A stretch of 64,000 nt of DNA from a virus, in the IMG/VR virus record IMGVR_UViG_3300029813_000617, positions 1-64,000 of that record; one strand, written 5' to 3'. Shown here piece by piece: positions 37,278 to 47,525 of the stretch. Numbering within the stretch: position 1 is the first letter of the stretch; each line of letters opens with the position of its first letter. Position numbers and translations under genes: made by a program. Below the pieces are notes generated by a model. That model made no database searches and was not told the origin of the DNA. It saw nothing but the letters and a program-made list of their open reading frames with translations.

Positions 37278-38152
37278 TCCCCAAAAATCTCTAGTTCCTT
37301 AATGACGTATTTGCACCACTTACCAAATGCTAGATCTTGATACCACACTACCTGAGCAAGTTCTCCCATTTGCAATAGCTTCTCCACCGAGGAGGAGAAA
37401 GAGTTCAAGATATCCTCAGCTTCCTCAGCCGAACTCGCATAGAAACTCATTTGATCCCAGTCCAGGAACGCTTTGAAAGGGCGAGTATCTATGTCACTGA
37501 TAAGTAAAGGCACTATCCCTAACTGCATTGCCTCATAGAACCTAAAGGAAGTTGGCCCATAGCCTCGCGGGCTGAGGGCGATATAGGACTGGAGCATCTG
37601 GTTGACAAAGAAACCAAGACTTTTGACGCTGCCGCGTATGTCAGTATCATCTCTCTTGCCTAGAAGGCACTGCATCTCGAATCGGATCGTTGGGTATGTC
37701 CCCAACCTCCCAACAAAAGAGGCTAGCCACTTTTTTCTCGGCTTAGGAGAAGGAGTCTTGTATGGATAAACCAACAAGGGCACATCGAAACTTTTTCCTC
37801 TGCGGGACGAGAAAAACTTGGTGATTCTACCAAGATCAACTAGAGGGCCTGCAGAGTCCTGGCAGATTGTAAAGGTCCTATCCTCATTGAGAGTTCGTTC
37901 TAACACTTGCTGCTGAAGGAATTCCAGTCCCGTCTTTCCATGACTGTGATTCCAGTGATACCAGGTCCAGTATATGGGAAGATAATGCCAATCAGCAACA
38001 CCAGGTCGATTCGTGACAAATCCTGGGTTCTGCTCGAGAAATCTAAGGAAATCTTGCTCAATGCCATAGCTTCCTTTGTTATGTGCAGGATAGGCAAATA
38101 CGGTAGATTGTGGTTGGAGCTCAGGAGGTACTGGCAGAACGAATATCTTCAC
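37274..38152 (-). CDS. Exostosin-like (GT47) glycosyltransferase
   Basis: ASFVGR...LSPRGYGPTSFRFYEAMQLG.VP...PF...LDW. Confidence 0.85.
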   Translation of the reverse strand: MKIFVLPVPPELQPQSTVFAYPAHNKGSYGIEQDFLRFLEQNPGFVTNRPGVADWHYLPIYWTWYHWNHSHGKTGLEFLQQQVLERTLNEDRTFTICQDSAGPLVDLGRITKFFSSRRGKSFDVPLLVYPYKTPSPKPRKKWLASFVGRLGTYPTIRFEMQCLLGKRDDTDIRGSVKSLGFFVNQMLQSYIALSPRGYGPTSFRFYEAMQLGIVPLLISDIDTRPFKAFLDWDQMSFYASSAEEAEDILNSFSSSVEKLLQMGELAQVVWYQDLAFGKWCKYVIKELEIFGE

Positions 38153-38241
38153 TTCAACGACTCCATCCGCATCTTTTACACAGGGGTAAGAAGCGTTCTC
38201 CCCTGCTTAGTCTTTCGTATACCTCTTTGTATGGCTAAACA

Positions 38242-38928
38242 TCAATTCCCCTTAATCAGGTCAGCACACCAGAGGCAGAACAGAGAGCCTTTTAGTCTGG
38301 TCAGTACCTGTTCCGTACCAGGATTTGGATAAAAAAAAGCCTCTTCTACCACAGAGAATTCTGGTAGTGCAGCTAAGACTTGAGATTTGGTGAAAATCCT
38401 GTGAGCATTGAAGCAGAGCATGGATGTATGGCTTATAGGTACACTTATTATGAAGTGTCCTCCTGGCTCAACTACTCGGGAAACCTCTTTGAATGCTTTG
38501 ATGCTGCCATACGGGTCTAACTTGTCGCCATACCGACCTAACCCAACATGCTCTATTACGCACAAGCTACACAAGAGTTCCACGGAGCCATCGGCAACAG
38601 GAAGATTGGTGATTGAAGCTCGCCTGCAAGTCAAGTTAGGTAAAGAGACTGGAAGGGGCCTTATATCAAAACTAGTAGTTGGGAACAACCGAGAGATGAT
38701 CCCTACGAGAAGTGCAGTTGAACCCACGTCAACTACACTCTTTGGATGAATCTCAACGATTCTCTTAAAAGCCCACGTATCCTGACGGAAGCAAAATCCA
38801 TCCACATGAGTCACAGCGGTTTTCTGGCCGAGACACGGGTATCGAATTCCTCCCTTCTCTGCACCAGGAAGTTTCATGTAGGCTATGTACTCTCTGCGAT
38901 ACTCCTCCATCATCTCTTCCCGATTCAC
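38242..38928 (-). CDS. DUF268-like SAM methyltransferase
   Basis: VDVGS, DIRPL, SLCVIEHVGLGRYGD.LD, FNAHRIF. Confidence 0.8.
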   Translation of the reverse strand: MNREEMMEEYRREYIAYMKLPGAEKGGIRYPCLGQKTAVTHVDGFCFRQDTWAFKRIVEIHPKSVVDVGSTALLVGIISRLFPTTSFDIRPLPVSLPNLTCRRASITNLPVADGSVELLCSLCVIEHVGLGRYGDKLDPYGSIKAFKEVSRVVEPGGHFIISVPISHTSMLCFNAHRIFTKSQVLAALPEFSVVEEAFFYPNPGTEQVLTRLKGSLFCLWCADLIKGN

Positions 38929-39521
38929 TATTCTGTCTCCACTTGATACGAAAACACCAGAACTCCTCGATGTATCTTCTGGAAAGATCCCTTTCCCGTG
39001 TAATCCAAACAGACAAAACTCGAACTAATTCTGTATACAGCAAAGTCCACCTCAGCTCTTGTAGGCCAGTTATAGCCACACACCTCGGGATCTCTCTTTC
39101 CAAAATCATCTACATCGTCGATTGCGATAACAAGTGAAGAGCTAGGACAATATTGACGAATAGTTTCTAGCTCATCTAACAAAGGGCACGGAAAATCTGC
39201 ACCGCCAGTGCCACTGCCACTAAAGTGCCCATCTAGCCAGAAGAAGATTCGATCTTCGGAAGAACACAATGGAAAGGTCTGCTTACGAAAGATCTCGTAG
39301 CTTTTACCCAGGAAGACCTGCTGATTCGCCCCTGTTGGATACTGAGACACCGCTAACCTATAAAGCCCTAGTGCAACTTCAACAGTATAACAGCGCTCAA
39401 ATATACCTGACTCAAGAGCCCTTCGGAAAGAGTACCCCAGATGTGTCCCTGACTCGATGAATACATTGCACTGAGCATCCCTAGCAATCTTCAAGATTTG
39501 AGATGTGATAGTGGACATCAT
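38928..39521 (-). CDS. Putative SAM methyltransferase
   Basis: FIESGT..G, FWLDGH.SG, CPLLDEL, IAIDD. Confidence 0.7.
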   Translation of the reverse strand: MMSTITSQILKIARDAQCNVFIESGTHLGYSFRRALESGIFERCYTVEVALGLYRLAVSQYPTGANQQVFLGKSYEIFRKQTFPLCSSEDRIFFWLDGHFSGSGTGGADFPCPLLDELETIRQYCPSSSLVIAIDDVDDFGKRDPEVCGYNWPTRAEVDFAVYRISSSFVCLDYTGKGSFQKIHRGVLVFSYQVETE

Positions 39522-39525
39522 CTAC

Positions 39526-40173
39526 TTACTTAGGGTCTCGGCAGATCGCAACAACTGGCGATGCTTTTGTGTCAGTATCCAAGGAAGGACCGAGAGTGTG
39601 ATTAGAGAGCCTAACGTCACCGAAATATGAGAGAAGGACATCTCGAAACTCTCCAGCAGTCCATTCTCGAACATGCCGTATGTTTCCTGGGGGGCCCTCG
39701 CTCTGTGCTCCTCCTCTAGAGTTTCTGTTCGGCGACGAGATGTAAAGAGTTCCTGGGTCTTTGAGAATGCGGCGTAGCTGACTCAGCACCTTCTGATAAT
39801 CCTTGACATGCTCAATGATCTCAATGGCAGCGATGATATCAAAGCCAGCGTCGGGCAGAGAAGAATCCTTTATATCCCCACACAGAAAGCGAACGTTCTT
39901 CAAGGGGAAACACTTCCTAGCAAACTCATAGCCACGAGGGACTATTTCGACTCCAGTCACCGACCGAGCCTCTTGGGCCAGAATGGCTGTACCTAAACCT
40001 GAACCCGATCCGACATCACAAACTACCCTATCTACAGACTCACGTGCAACAGCCTCGTAGATTTCTCGCTGGGGGTAAGAGAATAACACCCTACTTTTCC
40101 CCCAACGATCGAACATAGTCTCTACAGGATTACATTCCATCTCGGGATTTTCTTTGTACATCATGGTCCTCAC
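39526..40173 (-). CDS. Class I SAM methyltransferase (type 11-like)
   Basis: DVGSGSG.G, EIIEH, SSPN, HVREW. Confidence 0.85.
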   Translation of the reverse strand: MRTMMYKENPEMECNPVETMFDRWGKSRVLFSYPQREIYEAVARESVDRVVCDVGSGSGLGTAILAQEARSVTGVEIVPRGYEFARKCFPLKNVRFLCGDIKDSSLPDAGFDIIAAIEIIEHVKDYQKVLSQLRRILKDPGTLYISSPNRNSRGGAQSEGPPGNIRHVREWTAGEFRDVLLSYFGDVRLSNHTLGPSLDTDTKASPVVAICRDPK

Positions 40174-40964
40174 TTTACAGGAGTATTTGGGAGACTGACT
40201 ATCTCCCGCCAGTTCTTGTTGCGGTGTATCTCAAGACCACCAAACTGCATATTTACGAAACCTAGCTTTTTGGAGAGTTGCTGCTCACCCCAGTTATTTT
40301 CGTTCCTATAATACAGTTCTACCAGACCTAGGGCGATGTTGCTGCGAGCAAGCAGTTCTTCCAGGAACTTGGCACGATATACTGATAGCCAAAGAACAAC
40401 TGGCCAGCACCTGCTCTTCAACACTCCATCTTGGAAGCGTGTCCACCATAACGTATAGTCCTGTTGTCGAGTAGGTGTAAGGTGTACTCCTCTGAAAGAA
40501 ACCTGACCAGGGTCAACGCTTATATGGGTAAGGTTGCCTAGTTGGAAGTTGTGAGCTCTTCCGATTAGCGGATAGCCAACCAGGCGTATCTGCACTAACT
40601 CTTTGTCTCTTTCAAAAGCATCGCAACTATGCTTAAGGAGTTGCTCCAACTCAGAAACATACACATTGTCATCTAAGTGAATGAAACTAAGATCGGAGCC
40701 TTGTTCATGAGCCTTGCGTACAGCAGAGAGAAGAGCCGCAGTGCCACCAAGACGCTTCAGACGCTGAATGTAGGTAATGTTCGGCTTGTTATAAATCTCC
40801 TTGCCTACTCCATACCAAGTGGATCCAGGCTTTGGTAAATCGTCAACAACAATGTGAGGATAAGTCTCGCCAACAACCTTCCTTAGTGAGGCTAGGGAGT
40901 ACCGAGCAAACTGAGCACGCTGCTGACTGTGAATGTAGCTCGGCGTCACAATTGTAAGCTGCAC
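40170..40964 (-). CDS. Putative GT-A fold glycosyltransferase
   Basis: TIVTPSY, IVVDD, FIHLDD; start inferred at GTG 40964. Confidence 0.55.
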   Translation of the reverse strand: MQLTIVTPSYIHSQQRAQFARYSLASLRKVVGETYPHIVVDDLPKPGSTWYGVGKEIYNKPNITYIQRLKRLGGTAALLSAVRKAHEQGSDLSFIHLDDNVYVSELEQLLKHSCDAFERDKELVQIRLVGYPLIGRAHNFQLGNLTHISVDPGQVSFRGVHLTPTRQQDYTLWWTRFQDGVLKSRCWPVVLWLSVYRAKFLEELLARSNIALGLVELYYRNENNWGEQQLSKKLGFVNMQFGGLEIHRNKNWREIVSLPNTPVK

Positions 40965-40968
40965 CTTG

Positions 40969-41469
40969 CTATTCTCCCCTTGAGGCTTCGCACAAAAGAT
41001 CCCCATCTATAATGGATCCATTGCGCGAGGGAACTACTCTGCAGCTTATGATGCTGAATCCCGCCTGCTCTACAAAATGTCTTAGGCTCTCCACGTCAAA
41101 TAGGTTGTGGTTTAGATACCCAGGTCCTCTATTCTGCATACCCAGAATGCTGTGAAGTCCCGTGCTCGCTCGGAAAGCCAAGTCTCCTGCAAGCCAACGC
41201 CTCATATGTGTAGTGATGTTAGGGCATCGAATTTTCAACCGCCCTCCAATCTTCAATACTCTGAGCCACTCTCTAAGCGTCGCAGGAAAATCTGAGGCAG
41301 GTATATGCTCAACCAAGTGCGATGAGTAAACCTCGTCTACACTCTCGTCAGGATAATCCAGATGTCTTACATCCATTCTCTGATCAGCTTTAGAGTAATA
41401 CTTATCTATGTTCACGTAGCCCTTGAGAAGAGCTCCGCCACAACCCAGGTTCAGTTTTAGAGTACACAC
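40969..41469 (-). CDS. SAM methyltransferase (type 11-like)
   Basis: LNLGCG, SSHLVEH, RVLK.GG. Confidence 0.85.
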   Translation of the reverse strand: MCTLKLNLGCGGALLKGYVNIDKYYSKADQRMDVRHLDYPDESVDEVYSSHLVEHIPASDFPATLREWLRVLKIGGRLKIRCPNITTHMRRWLAGDLAFRASTGLHSILGMQNRGPGYLNHNLFDVESLRHFVEQAGFSIISCRVVPSRNGSIIDGDLLCEASRGE

Positions 41470-42452
41470 TATGAAACCCTCCTAATCATCTGAGCTATAC
41501 GCATGTCCCAAGTGTGACGAGCAAGTACTTCCCTTCGCCCTGCAGTAGCAATTTCCTCACGTTCCTCCTCGTGGGCAAGATAGTACTTGGCTAACTCTAT
41601 AGCTTCAGGTACTGAGTTGAACCACACTAGGTGTTTCCTGTTCTCAAAGAATGTCTCTATGCCAGGTACATAGTGAGTTAAGTGAAAAGCCCCACTAGCC
41701 ATCGAGTTCATGGCACGTCTCCACGATGCGTACATATGAATATCGTTCACACCATTGACACCCAGGGTAACTTTTGTGCGAGAGCAAACTTTAGAGAATG
41801 TGCCACCAAAGACAAATGGGTGCAGGTACACATCTCCCCTCTCTCTCAGATACACCCAACTCCCGATAGTTCCAAAGATATGTAAACAGAATCCCTCACC
41901 AAGAATAGTTTCTAGCAACTGGCGGCGAACCTTGTAGCCTGTATTCTGAGGAAGAGGGATATTAGATCCCATAAAGACTAGATCCCAGGTCTTCTCTTCC
42001 TTTTTTGGGTAGAATACTTCAGGATCGACACCGCAACCCCACCAATCTCCAACATACTTCACACCCGCTGCTTCATATATGTTGCGACACCTCGCGTCAT
42101 CATTGTTGAACAAGGTGCAATCTGCGTACTGACCTATATCAACTACCCATGGTTGCAAGTTCCACCGAAAGTCTCCATAGAAATGAATGACATAGGTATC
42201 CAAGCTCTCCTTGATTGCTTCGACAGTAGCTCCAGAAACGTTTCCGCACTTCCCAAGGTGAATCAGGCGAGGCTGAAACCGCAGAGCAGCCTCGACTAGC
42301 ATCTCATTCATTCGAATGACACCGTGTTTGGCAGCGAGAGATCCATTATCGAAAGTTTCTAGGGTAGCGATTTTGCGATACGCCTTTATTATACCATTCA
42401 CGTTGTCTGCTGAGTAGGCAGACGAGATAGTATCAACGTATAGAACTTTCAT
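41469..42452 (-). CDS. CgeB-like (Glyco_trans_1_2) glycosyltransferase
   Basis: Start MKVLYVD (ATGA coupling); MASGAF.LT, YYLAH..ERE.IA..G...V...HTW..R. Confidence 0.8.
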   Translation of the reverse strand: MKVLYVDTISSAYSADNVNGIIKAYRKIATLETFDNGSLAAKHGVIRMNEMLVEAALRFQPRLIHLGKCGNVSGATVEAIKESLDTYVIHFYGDFRWNLQPWVVDIGQYADCTLFNNDDARCRNIYEAAGVKYVGDWWGCGVDPEVFYPKKEEKTWDLVFMGSNIPLPQNTGYKVRRQLLETILGEGFCLHIFGTIGSWVYLRERGDVYLHPFVFGGTFSKVCSRTKVTLGVNGVNDIHMYASWRRAMNSMASGAFHLTHYVPGIETFFENRKHLVWFNSVPEAIELAKYYLAHEEEREEIATAGRREVLARHTWDMRIAQMIRRVS

Positions 42453-43348
42453 ACAGATGCCTTTCCCGCAACTACTGCGTCGATTATGCGCTCCCCTACT
42501 CGTTTCCAAGTATGTTCCTGGACTTTCTCCAGGCCAAGCTTGCAAAGGCACTCTCTTTCTACATCATGGGACAGATAGTAGTCAATAAGATCAAGTTCCT
42601 CTGTAGGACTCCTGAACTGAGGTACGGCATCTCCGAACAAATCCTCTATTCCGGCGTTCCAGGCCGAGATACAGAATCCACCGCTCGCCAATATGTCGAA
42701 TACTCGGACTGGAACAAAACCCTGGTCTGACATTTCGTGATACTGGTCATTCAGACTTATCTTGACTGAGCCATACAAATCAGCCAAGTCGTCATAAGGG
42801 AAAAACGCACCCCCATAGTATTTCTCAGGTAGAAGACTTTTCCATTGGCCACTCCACGCCTTTATCCTGTAATCTCCAGATAGCAAGGGGGTCAGAGCTC
42901 GTCGCCCCCAAGTTCCCTTGGGTCCCTGTCCTGGCCTGGGATTAGCTACAAGAGCTATGTCGCAGCCGAAATCCTTACGCTCTATGGGGGGAGTCTTGGA
43001 GCTAGCCCCAACCATCGTCTCAACATTTTGGCAACCCATATCACGGAGGACTTGAGTGAATGGTGAAGAGAGACAGAACACTTTGCCAAAGCGTTGCAGA
43101 TAACTAGGGTTCCTCCCAGCAGAATTTGGGTGATCATAGAGCCAGGCGATAGTATAGATGTCGGGTAACCTTTGAAAATCATAACCCAATTGAAAGAAGC
43201 AAGCATCTGGATCCTTGTCTGAGACTTCGACTCCTAGTGACTGTAGAGCCCTAGTGATCTCCTGTCTTACCCAATAGTCACCCCATAACAGAGCGGTGGA
43301 TGGTGGTTTGGCATACTGCATATCACTCGAGAGGACATATATCCTCAT
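42449..43348 (-). CDS. CgeB-like (Glyco_trans_1_2) glycosyltransferase
   Basis: WGDYW, KISLND...M...GFV..RVFDILASGG, EHTW..V. Confidence 0.8.
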   Translation of the reverse strand: MRIYVLSSDMQYAKPPSTALLWGDYWVRQEITRALQSLGVEVSDKDPDACFFQLGYDFQRLPDIYTIAWLYDHPNSAGRNPSYLQRFGKVFCLSSPFTQVLRDMGCQNVETMVGASSKTPPIERKDFGCDIALVANPRPGQGPKGTWGRRALTPLLSGDYRIKAWSGQWKSLLPEKYYGGAFFPYDDLADLYGSVKISLNDQYHEMSDQGFVPVRVFDILASGGFCISAWNAGIEDLFGDAVPQFRSPTEELDLIDYYLSHDVERECLCKLGLEKVQEHTWKRVGERIIDAVVAGKASV

Positions 43349-43349
43349 C

Positions 43350-44210
43350 TTACACGCCCCCTGGCATCTTTCCGCTATCAGGGCACCAAGTGTACTGCCC
43401 TATATCTCGAACTGTCACCTTGGTTTCATAGTGGCCGGGGTTTCCTAGTTTACCTTGCTCAGTTAGTTCTCTAACTCTCAATACGGCAGCATTATGAGCA
43501 GACGTTTTGAAGTCTCTATACATTGCCCCATCTTGCATCTCAAAGTTTTCGTCAGGCAACTCTCTGCAGTTAGCATTTCTCACATAGGCACTTCTGAGTC
43601 CATGATGCTGCTGCCTCGTATGGAGCTCGCTATCCTCTAGGCCATATATACTGTGTTCACAGAAATACCCCAGCCTCACGAGTGTGGCAGCACTCATAAC
43701 ATAGAGTCCCCCAGGATTAGGGCAATTATCCAGGAAAACTCCCTCAACCTCTTTCCAAAGAGTCGGGGTAAACCACGTGTGTCCCCAGGGCTGACCAAAC
43801 CCCTGCACGTTGTTGCCAACTATCCCGAGACCAGGGAGCTCCGAAGCATAGCAAAGATAACTAAGCCAGTACGGGCTAACCTCTATGTCATTATCTATAC
43901 AACAGTACCAAGCAGCTTCGCCTTCCGAGACCTTTAGCCCAAAGTTCTTCCCTACTGCGATTCCTCTATTCTCGGGCAACAAAATCAATCTATCGATCAA
44001 GTCTGCTCGCCTGAGCTTCTTCAAGTTCGCAACGGTTTCATCCCAACTACCATTATCAACAACTGTTAAGACGTGAGGTAGGAAAGTATTCGCGAAGACC
44101 GAGATCAGGCTCTGGCCAGTACATTTCCATCTGTTAAAAGTGACCATCGTAACGGAAGCCCTCTGTTCAGACTTCTTAGCATCCGCTACGAACTGTTCAG
44201 GGCTAAACAC
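43350..44210 (-). CDS. GT2 glycosyltransferase
   Basis: VTFNR, VVDNGS.D, ENRG...N, IDND, YGLED. Confidence 0.85.
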   Translation of the reverse strand: MFSPEQFVADAKKSEQRASVTMVTFNRWKCTGQSLISVFANTFLPHVLTVVDNGSWDETVANLKKLRRADLIDRLILLPENRGIAVGKNFGLKVSEGEAAWYCCIDNDIEVSPYWLSYLCYASELPGLGIVGNNVQGFGQPWGHTWFTPTLWKEVEGVFLDNCPNPGGLYVMSAATLVRLGYFCEHSIYGLEDSELHTRQQHHGLRSAYVRNANCRELPDENFEMQDGAMYRDFKTSAHNAAVLRVRELTEQGKLGNPGHYETKVTVRDIGQYTWCPDSGKMPGGV

Positions 44211-44215
44211 CTAGT

Positions 44216-46045
44216 TTATCCTTCTTCCTTGGATTGTGCGAGTATCCCTGTCCACCCAGAAGCCGCTTCTTTTTTCCTCATTTTTGATATGTGACTACCA
44301 GGCCCAGACGTCCTGACATCTCGCGCTGCATCAGGCCACCTGAAATCCATATCAACCTTCTTGCTCAGAGCAGGAAGTTTCTCGGTCCACAGCTGTCTAT
44401 ACCGAGCAAGACTTTCAGGCGGAATCCACTTGCCAGTCTTCCGTTGAGTATAAGCCCACAAATGAGTCAACACAGCTGTCGGGCAGTAAATGTTTTTCAG
44501 GCCCGCCTCGAGACACCTTAAGCCGTAGTCTACATCTCCATAGCCAAGCTTGTACCCTTCATCTATTAGACCTACTAGTTCTATAGCAGATTTCTTGATA
44601 AGCAGACATGCACCTGTGTTAAAGGGAACCTCTCTCACTTCTAGTGATTCTGGGGTATCTGCAGAAGCTCCGTCAAAGGGATGGAAAGGATTCGTGCGAT
44701 GAATGCTCCCTCCTATGTGCTGAATTCTCCCATCAGCATACAATAACTTGGCCCCAACTGTTGCCACGTCATCAGGTTGAGCTAATCGAATCATTTCCCT
44801 GAGCCAACCTCTAGTTCTCACAATGGTGTCACTGTTCAGAAGTAGACAGTATTCTCCTCTAGAGTGCCAGATCCCCTGGTTGTTTGCAGCAGCCCATCCG
44901 AGGTTTTCCTCATTGGCTATCAGTGTCAGACAGTTCTGTTTTTCAAGCCATTCCACACTTCCATCCTTACTTCCATTGTCAACCACGATCAATTCGAAGG
45001 AGCGGATAGTTTTATCCAGAACACTTCTGACGCAATCGGCTGTAATCTCGAGAGTATTGTAAGTGACAACTATTACGGAAGTTAGTCTCGATACTATCTT
45101 GGGAGGCCACCGCTCCAGACCCTCCCGTATCAGAAGCTGACTCCGAGGCAACCGAAGATGTTTAGATGTCCCGAGATCTTTGGGTATTTCGAATGTACTA
45201 GAAGAAAGCCCTTCGGAACTTTTGGGACTCTTTGGAGCTGAGTTCTTCCCCTGGAACAGATCCTCGTCACTACGCAACTCTGGCCACTGGGATACCAATC
45301 TTTGAAGGTTATAATCTCCCCGACCTGCTGACTCTGGTCCTAAACCATTCTCGAAGTGACACAATATGGCTTTGGGTTGATACACAACCTTCCAGCCTGC
45401 TTTGCGAGCACGCCAACAAAAATCAGTATCCTCGAATTGGCCACCCTCGAAGCCCTCATCGAAGCCTTTAAGGTCTTCCCACACTTTACGACGGATCAGA
45501 ATACATGCTCCTGTCACAGCGTTTAACTCACGTCGCACGTTAGCTTCTTCACAAGAGAGGCTCTTTCCTCGAAAGGGATGATAGGGATGTTTTTGACTGG
45601 TACGAGCTACTCCTGCATGTTGAATTGTGCCTCCCAGTGGCTTCCCTTTTGTCTCGGGATAGACTAGTAAGGCACCTACAAGACCAATCCTGGGATCAGC
45701 CTGTAATTCCTGCTGCATGTGAGTAAGCCACTGCTGCATTGGCTCCGTATCAGCATCCAGCAAACAGATATCACCAGGAACTTGCTTGACCGCCCAGTTA
45801 ATGATGTCAGGGAAGTTCCTGCGAACCTTGGATCTGAGGATTACAGCTTGTCCTGAACGCTTGAGTTCACTCAAGTACTTTCGAAGCTCAGTACTAGGGG
45901 AGCAGTCATCGGCGATATAAAGCCGATAGGTTGCCTTGGTATGCTCGCGAAGAGCGTGGATGCAGCGACGCAAATACTCTACCCCATTGTACGTTGGGAT
46001 CACAATGGAGATTACATCAGTAGTAGCATCGGAAGAGGGGCTCAT
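44216..46045 (-). CDS. Double-domain GT2 glycosyltransferase
   Basis: Two GT2 units (ISIVIPTYN...EDTDFC and SVIVVTYN...GDVDYG), each with IQH.G and TGAC.LI. Confidence 0.9.
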   Translation of the reverse strand: MSPSSDATTDVISIVIPTYNGVEYLRRCIHALREHTKATYRLYIADDCSPSTELRKYLSELKRSGQAVILRSKVRRNFPDIINWAVKQVPGDICLLDADTEPMQQWLTHMQQELQADPRIGLVGALLVYPETKGKPLGGTIQHAGVARTSQKHPYHPFRGKSLSCEEANVRRELNAVTGACILIRRKVWEDLKGFDEGFEGGQFEDTDFCWRARKAGWKVVYQPKAILCHFENGLGPESAGRGDYNLQRLVSQWPELRSDEDLFQGKNSAPKSPKSSEGLSSSTFEIPKDLGTSKHLRLPRSQLLIREGLERWPPKIVSRLTSVIVVTYNTLEITADCVRSVLDKTIRSFELIVVDNGSKDGSVEWLEKQNCLTLIANEENLGWAAANNQGIWHSRGEYCLLLNSDTIVRTRGWLREMIRLAQPDDVATVGAKLLYADGRIQHIGGSIHRTNPFHPFDGASADTPESLEVREVPFNTGACLLIKKSAIELVGLIDEGYKLGYGDVDYGLRCLEAGLKNIYCPTAVLTHLWAYTQRKTGKWIPPESLARYRQLWTEKLPALSKKVDMDFRWPDAARDVRTSGPGSHISKMRKKEAASGWTGILAQSKEEG

Positions 46046-47525
46046 TGATCTCCACCTTTGTGAGTGGGATGTGGGGGACTAGATAGGACTTGAAGATAGG
46101 CTTGCCTTGCATGGCCTTCTTGGGTCCACACCAGTTGAAAGTTAGGGTTACAGCGTCAGGCAGAAGACGTCTCAGTTTGAGTTCGATACCCGAGTTACGC
46201 TCAGCCTCTCTAACTGAGATGATATCATCAGCCAAGGTAGCATAGGGATCTTCCACAAGTGCAGCTGGAGGGAGACCTCGATAGAGTTCCCAAGAACGCT
46301 CTGATATCCCCTCATGTCGAGTCTCTCGTTGAGACCAAGGACCTCTCCAGTTCACAGGTACAGCTACCAAGTCAAGCAGAGGCACATAGTCGAAGGCAGG
46401 GCCACGCTTATCATAGACTCGGTGGATCTTGTCAGAAGGGAGCTTGATGACGCGCAGGAGAGCCTGAGTGACCTTTGGATTCTCCTCATCGTCTCGGATA
46501 ACCAGGTCACAATCGTGAGGTTTGCGAAGCTCGTAGACTGCGGATCCTGTGTGGCTAATATAGGAATCAACGATGACGAAGGGGACAAGGCGAAGTTTGG
46601 CCTTGCGCAGTTCTCGGTCCAAGTCATCAACCATCTCATGTGGCAGGCCGCGCCGCTTCATTTCCTGCAAGGCGAAAAAGTGCGCATTCACGACATCTTC
46701 CCTGCTGGCCCCTTCGCCTTTAGCATAGAGCTGGTGAAGAGAGTCATGATAAGTTACTAGTGCCTCGTCATCCTTGATCTCTCGAGCCCTGGCATAGAGG
46801 CTCTTCTTAATCGGAATCTCAATGCCCTCGCCCTCCAGGGATCGCCTAGCTCTATCAAAGAGTTCCCTCGCATGCCGCTTGTAGCCGCTAGGGTGAAACC
46901 TTGCAGCCTCGCGCTCTATGAGTTCTTTGAGGATTGCACGATACTTCTGCTCAATGAGCTCGAGGGAATAGGCAGGCCCTTTGCCTTGCTGCTTAGTAGA
47001 CCACCAGGCCAGCAAGATTCGCATGTCATCACGTAGAATGGCATTGCCCCGCTTGGTCTTGGGAACTTTCGTGGGATCGTAAGAGGTTAGATCTCTGATC
47101 TTCTCCAAATGGAGTTCTTTGGGTGCTGGGTCAAGCCACTTCCAAGACCTGAGCCAAGTCTGAACTTTGGTATCAGGGGGAACTTGAGTTCGCTTAGGAG
47201 GATCATAGGTTTCCAGAACCTGGACTTCATAGGCATAAAAGTTCAGGCTGCCTGGCCACCATTCATCCCTTTCCCTCTCAGTGATGCGATGCTTGCTACG
47301 GAGACCCCTGAATTCGCCCAGAGTTATCGTCTTAGGGCTGCCCAGAACGATCTTGCCATAACACTTTAGCTCCTGGTCTTGCTGGTCAGCGAATAGATAG
47401 ATAGGGATACGGACATATTTGTAAAACCGCTTCGCCCTGATGATCATGGTCTTGTTGACGGTCATAATCATCTCGGCGTGATGCTTAGGACTTAGATTGA
47501 GACCTATTTGCATGAACTTCCTCAA
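46017..47525 (-). CDS. Multidomain protein: ASCH/PUA-like domain + helical repeats + Pol-beta-type nucleotidyltransferase-like domain
   Basis: LSP.HHA..I....KT..IR...CYG.I.L; H...H...H...EM.RRG..H; SHTGS......HDCDLVIR. Confidence 0.6.
   Translation of the reverse strand: MRKFMQIGLNLSPKHHAEMIMTVNKTMIIRAKRFYKYVRIPIYLFADQQDQELKCYGKIVLGSPKTITLGEFRGLRSKHRITERERDEWWPGSLNFYAYEVQVLETYDPPKRTQVPPDTKVQTWLRSWKWLDPAPKELHLEKIRDLTSYDPTKVPKTKRGNAILRDDMRILLAWWSTKQQGKGPAYSLELIEQKYRAILKELIEREAARFHPSGYKRHARELFDRARRSLEGEGIEIPIKKSLYARAREIKDDEALVTYHDSLHQLYAKGEGASREDVVNAHFFALQEMKRRGLPHEMVDDLDRELRKAKLRLVPFVIVDSYISHTGSAVYELRKPHDCDLVIRDDEENPKVTQALLRVIKLPSDKIHRVYDKRGPAFDYVPLLDLVAVPVNWRGPWSQRETRHEGISERSWELYRGLPPAALVEDPYATLADDIISVREAERNSGIELKLRRLLPDAVTLTFNWCGPKKAMQGKPIFKSYLVPHIPLTKVEINEPLFRCYY

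Noticed and set aside
32519-46045. Host chromosomal LPS/EPS locus or prophage boundary
   Set aside because: Flanked on both sides by head genes, overlaps the upstream phage gene, and lacks export and polymerase genes.
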